This document shows, one piece after another, positions 45,372-53,166 of a stretch of 64,000 nt of DNA (position 1 is its first letter; every line of letters begins with the position of its first letter). The translations under genes were made by a program, and so were the position numbers. The notes under the pieces were generated by a model. That model ran no database searches, was not told the origin of the DNA, and saw only the letters and a program-made list of their open reading frames with translations. The DNA comes from an uncultured Oscillospiraceae bacterium (GTDB lineage Bacteria > Bacillota > Clostridia > Oscillospirales > Oscillospiraceae): assembly GCA_947589225.1 (NCBI GenBank), contig CANQBC010000005.1, positions 9,006 to 73,005 on the forward strand, written 5' to 3'.

Positions 45372-45649
45372 CGGTGTTTCGGTTTAAGCGGGGGATCAGG
45401 GTCGGATATGTAAGGCAGGGGTATATTTATTTTTGCTCCCTCCTGTACAAGACCTTGCCGAAGGGCAAGAAGAAAATCATTGACGACCTCTGCCGGGAGT
45501 GCGGGGGAGAATATTGGGAGGCGCTCCGGGAGTTTGTCACAACGGAGAACGTCAATGCGGAGGCGATCGCGCTGAAGTATTTTATCTCCGAGTCCACGCT
45601 TTACAGGGCGGTGCGCAAATATTACGAGAGCTTCCCAAGGACGCTGTAG
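45368..45649 (+). CDS. Small HTH protein, candidate late-gene regulator
   Basis: The C-terminal ISESTLYRAVRKYY is HTH-like. It occupies the last gene position before terS, where RinA/ArpU-type activators usually sit. Confidence 0.4.
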   Translation: MTVFRFKRGIRVGYVRQGYIYFCSLLYKTLPKGKKKIIDDLCRECGGEYWEALREFVTTENVNAEAIALKYFISESTLYRAVRKYYESFPRTL

Positions 45650-45742
45650 AGCAGGGGGATTTTTACACCCGAAACGGGCGCGCATATGCGCGCGTCAATT
45701 AAAGGCGGCGGGGGATCTGCATACCGCACCGCCTTTAATTGA

Positions 45743-45767
45743 CGCGCCTTTTTTTGGCGCGTTTTTT
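45743..45767 (+). terminator. Intrinsic terminator upstream of the packaging operon
   Basis: CGCGCC-TTTTTTT-GGCGCG followed by TTTTTT. Confidence 0.5.
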
Positions 45768-45863
45768 GCCATTTTCCGGGCTTGAAAAGTTGACAGTACA
45801 AAACACGTTTTCCCCTGTATAATAGACAAAACGAAAAAATTATGTTAAGGGGAGGGGAGCCAT

Positions 45864-46463
45864 TTGTCGAAGAAGCAGACGACGGAGGGCGCGGTGGGGC
45901 GGCCCCGAAAATACGCAAGCCCGGCGGCGCTCCGCAAGGCTGTGGAGCGGTATTTTGCGTCCATCAGCCGCACGGCGGCTGTTGTGGACGACAACGGATT
46001 CCCTGTATTCAACGACGCCGGGGATCATGTCATGCGTCTGGAGTACGTTGTTCCGCCGTCCATGTCGGCGCTGATGCTCTATCTTGGGATCTCGAAAAAG
46101 ACCTGGAGCAACTACGCCAATTCGGAGATCGAGGGGTACGCCTGGGTATGCGACAGAGCCAAGGCGCGGATCGAGGCGTATCTTGAAGAACAGCTTCTCG
46201 TGCGCAAGAAGGGGATCCAGGGCGTGATCTTCAATCTCTCGTCGAATTTCGCCTGGAAGGAGAGGCGGGAGGTGGAGGTCGGCAGCGAGACCAGGAAAGC
46301 GTTGGCGGCAACCGCCGGGATGACCATGGAGGAGAAGCTGGAGCTGATAAAGGCCGCAGCCTTAGAAGCGGCGGCGGATGAGGATCCTGCCGGGCGCGGC
46401 GGGGAAGAGGGCTTCCGCGACGGCGCGGCGGAGGCGGCAGAGGATGGAACGAGCGAAGCTTGA
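45864..46463 (+). CDS. terS: Terminase small subunit
   Basis: The N-terminal GRPRKYASPAALRKAVERYF pattern and position immediately upstream of terL. TTG start. Confidence 0.65.
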   Translation: MSKKQTTEGAVGRPRKYASPAALRKAVERYFASISRTAAVVDDNGFPVFNDAGDHVMRLEYVVPPSMSALMLYLGISKKTWSNYANSEIEGYAWVCDRAKARIEAYLEEQLLVRKKGIQGVIFNLSSNFAWKERREVEVGSETRKALAATAGMTMEEKLELIKAAALEAAADEDPAGRGGEEGFRDGAAEAAEDGTSEA

Positions 46464-47955
46464 GGCGGCCGCCGAGGCGGCAATTTGGTACAAGAATCTG
46501 CGCGAAACCAACAACGAGGCTTTTTTGCCGCTCTTTTTTGACAGACACAAGATCATTGTTCTCAAGGGGGGCGGTGGATCCGGGAAATCCATCTTTGCGG
46601 GGCGGTTCGTCCTGGAGCGGGTGACCAGCGAGCCGGGACACCGATGGCTGGTGGTTCGCAAGGTAGCAAAGACGCTTCGGGAGTCCTGCTGGGCGCAGCT
46701 CCGGGGGCAGCTTTCGGAGCACTACGCCGGGAGCGGGTATCAGGTCAACAAGTCGGACATGTCCATAACCTTTCCGAACAAGTCGGTGATCCTCTTTGCG
46801 GGCCTTGACGACGTGGAGAAGCTCAAGTCCATCTACAACATCACGGGCATCTGGATCGAAGAGGCCAGCGAGATCTTAGAGTCGGACTACAATCAGCTCA
46901 CCATCAGGCTTAGAGGCGCTACGAGATACCGCAAGCAGATCCTTTTGAGCTTCAATCCCGTGTCCATCACCCACTGGCTTAAAAGGCGCTTTTTTGACCA
47001 TCACGAGCCAAACAGCCGGGTACATGAGAGCACCTACAGGGACAATCGGTTCCTCCCGGAGGAGGACAGGAGAACCCTGGAGAACTTCAGGAACACGGAT
47101 GAATATTACTACATGGTCTACGCCCTGGGAATGTGGGGCGTCACGGGAAAGACGGTCTTTAACAGCAAGGCCGTAACGGCGCGGCTCCTGGAGAATATCA
47201 AGCCCGTGCGGCGCGGCTATTTTATCTACACAGACACGGGCGTCAAGCTTACGGATATACGCTGGGTGGACGATGAGCAGGGATTTATCCTCATCTACGC
47301 CGAGGCGGAGAGCGGGATCCCATACGTCATTGGCGGGGACACCGCCGGGGACGGATCCGACGCCTTTGCCGGTCAAGTGCTGGACAACAGGACGGGACGC
47401 CAGGTATGCGCCATGAAGCTCCAGACGGACGAAGATCTATACGCAAAGCAGCTTTACTGTCTTGGGCTTATGTACAACACGGCGCTCATCGGGGTGGAGG
47501 TAAACTTCTCCACCTACCCCATCCGGGAGCTGGAACGGCTCAGGTACCCCAAGCAGTACGTCCGGGAGGCGGAGGACAGCTACACCCACGAGCTCAGGCA
47601 CTCCTTCGGCTGGCGGACAATGCAGAATAACAGGCAGATGATCATCGCCAATCTCATCAAGGCGATCCGGGAGGACGTAACGTGCGTCTCGGACAAGTGG
47701 ACGCTGGAGGAGATGCTGACATTCGTGCGAAACCCGGACACCTTCCGCCCGGAGGCGGAGCCGGGGGCGCACGACGACATGGTGATGGCGCTGGCTATCG
47801 CCCACGCCATCCGGGAGCAGCAAAGCGCGGTGATGGCTCTGCCGCCGGAGAGCGGGACGGCCAAGTGGACACCGGACATGTGGGAGGACTACCGGAACGC
47901 GAATCCGGAGATGAGAAAGTATCTGATCTCAATCTGGGGATCCCCGCGCAATTAA
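46444..47955 (+). CDS. terL: Terminase large subunit (PBSX/XtmB-like)
   Basis: Walker A LKGGGGSGKS, Walker B-like IWIEEA, and nuclease-domain acidic residues (GGDTAGDGSD, HDDMVMA). The start was refined to MERAKLEAAA, overlapping terS by 20 nt. Confidence 0.85.
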   Translation: MERAKLEAAAEAAIWYKNLRETNNEAFLPLFFDRHKIIVLKGGGGSGKSIFAGRFVLERVTSEPGHRWLVVRKVAKTLRESCWAQLRGQLSEHYAGSGYQVNKSDMSITFPNKSVILFAGLDDVEKLKSIYNITGIWIEEASEILESDYNQLTIRLRGATRYRKQILLSFNPVSITHWLKRRFFDHHEPNSRVHESTYRDNRFLPEEDRRTLENFRNTDEYYYMVYALGMWGVTGKTVFNSKAVTARLLENIKPVRRGYFIYTDTGVKLTDIRWVDDEQGFILIYAEAESGIPYVIGGDTAGDGSDAFAGQVLDNRTGRQVCAMKLQTDEDLYAKQLYCLGLMYNTALIGVEVNFSTYPIRELERLRYPKQYVREAEDSYTHELRHSFGWRTMQNNRQMIIANLIKAIREDVTCVSDKWTLEEMLTFVRNPDTFRPEAEPGAHDDMVMALAIAHAIREQQSAVMALPPESGTAKWTPDMWEDYRNANPEMRKYLISIWGSPRN

Positions 47956-47962
47956 TGGAGGT

Positions 47963-50008
47963 TTGCGTATGCATCAAACGGACAAGAAAAAGCTGGAATA
48001 CTGGCAGGGACGTCTGAGCGCGGACGAGGCGGCGTATGCCGGGGAGCTGTCAAAGATGGACGGGCGGGAAGCGCTCTATTTGGGATCCCGCGATATCAAG
48101 CCCATATCCAGAGAGGACGTTCCGGACAAGGCGCCGCACGTCCGGAACGTGGTTCTTGAGCTTATTGAGGCACAGGTCAGCTCCTCCATTCCCCAGCCCA
48201 AGGTGACGGCGCGGCGCCGTGAGGATGAGAGGCTGGCGCGGCTCATTGAGGACATGCTCCGAAACGAGCTTGACCGAATGAACTTTGAGGAGATCAACGA
48301 CCAGCAGGAGCGTACCGTCCCCATCCAGGGGGGCGGGGCGTACCTTGTGGAATGGGACTCCACGCAGCGAACGCACACCACGGCCGGCGAGGTATCCGTC
48401 CAGATCCTCCACCCCAAGCAGGTCATCCCCCAGGCGGGGGTATGCTCCGGTGTGGAGGACATGGATCACATCATTCTCAAGCTCCCTCAGACCAAAGGGT
48501 ATATCAAGCGCCGCTACGGGGTGGACGTCTCGGAGGAGAGCGAGTCGGAGCCGGGTGCCCGCGGCACGGAGGAGTCCACGGCGGAGGACATGGTTACGCA
48601 GTATGTGGCCTATTACCGCAACGACAAGGGCGGGATCGGGCTTTATAGCTGGGTCAACGACACGCAGCTTGAGGATCTTGAGGATTATCAGACGCGGCGG
48701 CTTAGGCACTGTGCCAAATGCGGGGCGCGGGAGCAGGAGCCGCTCACGGCGACAATGGCGCCGCCGACCGTTTACGGGGAATATCCGTGGCCGGGCCGGG
48801 ACGGCTTATCCCGCGATGCCAACGACAGCCGGGAGATCGGAAAACTCAACCATACCAACGTCTGCCCGTTTTGCGGGGGGACGAAGTGGGAGGAGCGGGA
48901 GGAGGATTTTGAGGAGCTTACGGAGGACGTAAGGTGCTCGGACGGCAGTGTCATTTCGGCGCTGGAGCAGGCGATCGGGTCGGACGGTACGCCAATTTTG
49001 GTTCGGACGCGCCTGCCCTACTATAAGCCCGATATTTTCCCTGTGGTGATCCAGAAAAACATCTCCGTCTTTGGGCATTTTTTGGGCGGCTCGGACGTAG
49101 ACGCCATTGAGAGCCAGCAGAACACGGTCAACCGTCTGGAGACAAAGATGCTGGACAAGCTCCTCACCGCCGGCAGCTACATGAGCCTGCCTGTGGACGC
49201 CACCATTGAGCGCAACGCCGGGGAAATGAAGCTCATTCGCCTCGCCAACCTCCAGGACAAGCAGTTCATTGAAGTCTACGACATGGAGGGGAACGTGAGC
49301 CAGGATCTGGCGATGCTGGATCACACCTATGAGGAGATGCGGCAGGTGATTGGAGTCACGGACTCCTTTCAGGGGCGCCGGGACACCACGGCCACCTCCG
49401 GCACGGCGAAGCAGTTTGCGGCGGCCCAGACGGCGGGGCGGCTGGAATCCAAGCGGGTCATGAAAAACGCGGCCTTCCAGCGGCTCTACGAGACGATCTT
49501 CAAGCTGAAGCTGGCCTATGCCGACGAGCCGCGGCCGATCGCGAAATACAACGCGGACGGGGAGCGGGAGTACGAACAGTTTAACCGCTATGACTTCCTT
49601 GCGAAGGACGCGGCGGGGGAGTGGTTCTGGAACGATCAGTTCATTTTTTCCGTGGATGACACGTCCGCGACGCTGGCCTCCAACCGGGAGGCCATGTGGG
49701 AGGAAGCGCGCCTCAATCTGCAAACAGGCGCGTTCGGGCCGCTGGACGACCTGCAGACCATGTTGTTTTTCTGGACAAAGATGGAGATGCTTCACTATCC
49801 GGGGGCCGCCGAGACGAAGGAGCTTTTTAAGCGGCGGATCAAATCCCAGCAGGAGGCGGCGGCTCAGCAGCAGGAGGCTCAGGCGAAGATCGTGGCCATG
49901 CAGGCGCAGATGCAGGCGGGACAGGCATCAGACCCGGCCGCAAGCCCAGCAAAGCGGGCCGGCATTGTACCCGGCTCCGGTGGGGGGACGGGGGTGGCCG
50001 GCATGTGA
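47963..50008 (+). CDS. Portal protein (assigned by position and size), with an inserted CxxC...CxxC zinc ribbon
   Basis: A 681-aa ORF directly after terL with an acidic, Q/A-rich C-terminal tail. CAKCGA (from 48710) and CPFCGG (to 48874) form a zinc-ribbon-like insertion. Confidence 0.6.
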   Translation: MRMHQTDKKKLEYWQGRLSADEAAYAGELSKMDGREALYLGSRDIKPISREDVPDKAPHVRNVVLELIEAQVSSSIPQPKVTARRREDERLARLIEDMLRNELDRMNFEEINDQQERTVPIQGGGAYLVEWDSTQRTHTTAGEVSVQILHPKQVIPQAGVCSGVEDMDHIILKLPQTKGYIKRRYGVDVSEESESEPGARGTEESTAEDMVTQYVAYYRNDKGGIGLYSWVNDTQLEDLEDYQTRRLRHCAKCGAREQEPLTATMAPPTVYGEYPWPGRDGLSRDANDSREIGKLNHTNVCPFCGGTKWEEREEDFEELTEDVRCSDGSVISALEQAIGSDGTPILVRTRLPYYKPDIFPVVIQKNISVFGHFLGGSDVDAIESQQNTVNRLETKMLDKLLTAGSYMSLPVDATIERNAGEMKLIRLANLQDKQFIEVYDMEGNVSQDLAMLDHTYEEMRQVIGVTDSFQGRRDTTATSGTAKQFAAAQTAGRLESKRVMKNAAFQRLYETIFKLKLAYADEPRPIAKYNADGEREYEQFNRYDFLAKDAAGEWFWNDQFIFSVDDTSATLASNREAMWEEARLNLQTGAFGPLDDLQTMLFFWTKMEMLHYPGAAETKELFKRRIKSQQEAAAQQQEAQAKIVAMQAQMQAGQASDPAASPAKRAGIVPGSGGGTGVAGM

Positions 50009-50058
50009 CAAGCAGAATCACGAGCAAGAACGACGCCAAAAGGAAAGGGGGGAAAGAG

Positions 50059-50199
50059 ATGGCTGACAACAGCAGGAGCGGCTACGCCGGGAAGATCAAG
50101 AATACCGGCACTCAGATCGTCGAAGCGGTCTACAAGGCCGAGAAATCCGGCGGCAAATCGACCGTGAAGACCGGAACGGATCTTCGGAGCGGAAAGTAA
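50059..50199 (+). CDS. Small hypothetical virion-module protein (46 aa)
   Basis: The internal ATG (MADNSRSGYAGKIKNTG...) follows a purine-rich RBS. Confidence 0.3.
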   Translation: MADNSRSGYAGKIKNTGTQIVEAVYKAEKSGGKSTVKTGTDLRSGK

Positions 50200-50319
50200 G
50201 GGCCCCCGCGCGATAAAAGATCGCGTGGGGAGAGGAGGAGCGAAGCCGGCGAGTGAGTGTCCGCGCTTGCGCGGATACGAGGATCGCGGCTTCCGCGACG
50301 ACGAAGAGGAGGAATTTTT

Positions 50320-51240
50320 ATGGACGAAAACGACTACAACGAGCTTTTCGGGCTGAAGCCGAAGGGCGGCGGGGAGAACACGGAGCCTGAAGAGGGTCAG
50401 GCGGCCCCCGCTGAGCGGGGTTCGGCGATGAGCGGTGGAGAACCCTCGGCCAACGAGCCCGGCCCCGGCGAAACTGGCGGCTCTCGCGATGACGAGGGAA
50501 CGGAGAGCGGGTCATCCGAGGGCGGTAAGGATGGGAGAAAGCCGGAGCAGAAAGACAAGCTGACGGCTCGACACACCGATGAGAAACGACGGGCCGTGGC
50601 GGACGACGAGACGTATCTGGACGGCGCGATCCGGTCTCTGGGCATTGTGGATCCCTACACCAACAAGCCCATTACCACCAGGGCGCAGTACGACGCCTAC
50701 AACGAGCGGGCGTACAAGGAGAGGCGCCAGAGGATCCTGGACAGATCCGGCATGACGGAGGAGGAGCTGGACGAGTTTATTGCGGCCCTCCCGGAGGTCA
50801 GAAAAGCCAGGGAGGACAGCGGCAGGGCCGAAGCGCTTATCCGCCGGGAGAGGGAGCGGGAGGCCAGGGCCAGGGTGGACGCGGAGGTCGCCAAGATCGC
50901 CGCCATGGATCCCTCGGTCAAGTCCATTGCCGACCTCACCACCGGGGAGAATTACGACAAGCTCCTGAGCTACGTCAAAAGGGGCTATGAGCTTTCGGAC
51001 GCCTGGACCCTCGCCAATTTTGGCCGGCTCCGGGAAATGGCTCAGGCGTCGGCCAGACAGGCGGCGCACAACTCTCAGGAGGGCCGCGCCGGCATGGAAC
51101 GTTCCCGCCAAAGGGGCCAGGGCGACAACAGCGTCCCCGTCCCCAAGGACGTGAAGGAACTCTATCAGACGCTCAATCCGGGGGCGTCCGACGAGGAGAT
51201 CAGGAAGTACTACAACGATTACATGAAGGGAAGGAAGTAA
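50320..51240 (+). CDS. Scaffolding protein (assigned by position and composition)
   Basis: Acidic, low-complexity N-terminus and charged helical regions (RREREREARARVDAE). It lies between portal and capsid. The start was refined to MDENDYNELF. Confidence 0.5.
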   Translation: MDENDYNELFGLKPKGGGENTEPEEGQAAPAERGSAMSGGEPSANEPGPGETGGSRDDEGTESGSSEGGKDGRKPEQKDKLTARHTDEKRRAVADDETYLDGAIRSLGIVDPYTNKPITTRAQYDAYNERAYKERRQRILDRSGMTEEELDEFIAALPEVRKAREDSGRAEALIRREREREARARVDAEVAKIAAMDPSVKSIADLTTGENYDKLLSYVKRGYELSDAWTLANFGRLREMAQASARQAAHNSQEGRAGMERSRQRGQGDNSVPVPKDVKELYQTLNPGASDEEIRKYYNDYMKGRK

Positions 51241-51243
51241 AAT

Positions 51244-51660
51244 ATGGGATTCTACATTCACACGGTGGACGACGGACGGAATCCGCCCCACGAATACCAC
51301 CCGGCGGGGGCGGAGCTGACCCCGAAAGCGGGTATGGCGCTGAAGCTGGAGAGCGGGAAGCTCGCCAAGGCCACCGGCGCCGACGAGGTGAAGTACGTCA
51401 GCATGTGCGAGCGGGAGGCCGCCTGCGACGACGGGGAGCGCATCCCTGTGATCCGGGCTGGGAGCGACATCATCTTCGAGACCACCTGTGAGGGCGCGCC
51501 GTCCTCCGTCAACGTGGGCGACAAGGTTCAGCTGCATACGGACGGGCTTCAGGTGACGGCCACCGCGGGAGGCTGCGCGGAGGTCGTGTACAAGGACAGC
51601 GACGAGGACGGCGCCATGGTGCGCGTCCGGTTCGGGGCTGCGGACGCGGCCGCGGAGTAA
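51244..51660 (+). CDS. Hypothetical head protein (possible decoration or protease-like)
   Basis: 138-aa ORF between the scaffold and the major capsid gene. Confidence 0.4.
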   Translation: MGFYIHTVDDGRNPPHEYHPAGAELTPKAGMALKLESGKLAKATGADEVKYVSMCEREAACDDGERIPVIRAGSDIIFETTCEGAPSSVNVGDKVQLHTDGLQVTATAGGCAEVVYKDSDEDGAMVRVRFGAADAAAE

Positions 51661-51722
51661 ACCCTGTGAAGCTCCCTTCCCGTTTTGCGGCAAGGGAGCC
51701 AATATGGAAAGGAGATTAATTT

Positions 51723-52733
51723 ATGGCAGGAATCACTTTTGCTGAGGGCAGCGGCCTTCAGGACAGCATTTACGGGAAGAGCCAGGGACCTATCCGTATG
51801 TTCATCGAGAAGCGGGGTGAGGCCTTTGAGGCTCAGAGCATGGTGAATAAGCTCTTCACCGTGGCGCCGAGCAAGCATTTTTCCGAGGGACACAGATCCA
51901 TGACCGCTATGCACGGCTTTATGCCCGTGGGCGAGAACGGGGAATATCCCGCCGACTCCATGCAGGAGAGCTTCCAGAAGGACTTCAAGCATACCGTCTG
52001 GAAGGACAGCTTTGCCATCTCCCGTGAGATGGTCGACGACGCGGTGACGATGAACCTGAAACAGAAGCCGGAGGCGTTTGTGGCGGGCTACTACCGCCGC
52101 CGGGAGCAGTTCGCCGCGGCCCTCTACGCCGGGGCGGTCAACCAGAAGGAGAAGGTCGAGTTCTACGGCGAGGACTTTGACGTGACGGGGGCGGACAAGA
52201 AGATCCTCTTCGCCAAGGATCATCCCAGCTTCACCGACAAGAAAGTCACCCAGTCCAACTGCTTTGAGGACGCCTTCTCCAACGACGCGCTGATGGCCAT
52301 GGAGAGCGCGATGCAGGATTTCCGGGACGACAACGGGAACGTACTGACGGTCACGCCCAGCACCATCGTCATACCCAACGACTACAAGCTCAAGAAGGAG
52401 GTCTTTGCGGCCATTGGCGCGGACAAGGACCCCGCAACCGCCAACAACGGCTTCAACTACACCTACGGGCGCTGGACGGTGATAATCTCCCAGTACCTCA
52501 ACCAGTACGTCGAAAAGGGCGTGACGCCGTGGATCCTGCTGGATCCCGAGTACAGCGCCGCCTACGGCGGGGCCATGTGGTTCGACCGCATAAGCCTTGA
52601 GGTCCGCAGCGAGATCGCATCCAACGACGCCAACGTCTGGAAGGGTTACGCCCGGTTCAGCGCCGGCTTTGCCGACTGGCGCTTCGCGGCTGTGGGCGGC
52701 GTCTCCGGCGGCACAAAGCTTCTTACCGCCTGA
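51723..52733 (+). CDS. Major capsid protein (assigned by position and size)
   Basis: 336-aa ORF after the scaffold with a strong RBS (GGAAAGGAG). No catalytic motifs. Confidence 0.55.
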   Translation: MAGITFAEGSGLQDSIYGKSQGPIRMFIEKRGEAFEAQSMVNKLFTVAPSKHFSEGHRSMTAMHGFMPVGENGEYPADSMQESFQKDFKHTVWKDSFAISREMVDDAVTMNLKQKPEAFVAGYYRRREQFAAALYAGAVNQKEKVEFYGEDFDVTGADKKILFAKDHPSFTDKKVTQSNCFEDAFSNDALMAMESAMQDFRDDNGNVLTVTPSTIVIPNDYKLKKEVFAAIGADKDPATANNGFNYTYGRWTVIISQYLNQYVEKGVTPWILLDPEYSAAYGGAMWFDRISLEVRSEIASNDANVWKGYARFSAGFADWRFAAVGGVSGGTKLLTA

Positions 52734-52770
52734 AAGGAGGAGCGGGGGCGGAGACTTCCGCGACAACGCG

Positions 52771-53127
52771 ATGACTGTAAATCAGGTGATCCAGCGGGTC
52801 AACAGGGTCAAACCCAACGACTTCAAATTCGTGGACAAGGCGCGGTGGCTCAGCGAGGTTGAGGGCATGATCCAGACGGAGGTCATGCTGATGGCTCCGG
52901 TGGAGGTGATCACCTATGGGAGCGGGAGCGGGAAGTGTGAGCTTCTCGTTCCGCCGCCCTGGGACAAGCTCTATGAGTCGTACCTCATCGCCAGGATCGA
53001 CTTTGCCAACGGCGAATACGACAGGTATCAAAACACGCACGCCTTATTTAACCAGCATTTGGAGGAGTTTACACGATGGTTCGCGGACACGTACAGACCG
53101 GCGGACGGGAGTTACATGGGGTTGTAA
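52771..53127 (+). CDS. Hypothetical head-completion or connector-like protein
   Basis: The ATG at 52771 opens MTVNQVIQRVNRVKPNDFKF.... The 52597 start in the track is rejected. Confidence 0.4.
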   Translation: MTVNQVIQRVNRVKPNDFKFVDKARWLSEVEGMIQTEVMLMAPVEVITYGSGSGKCELLVPPPWDKLYESYLIARIDFANGEYDRYQNTHALFNQHLEEFTRWFADTYRPADGSYMGL

Positions 53128-53166
53128 AGGGCCATTGCCCTTGGATCCTATAAGGAGGGTCGTTCT

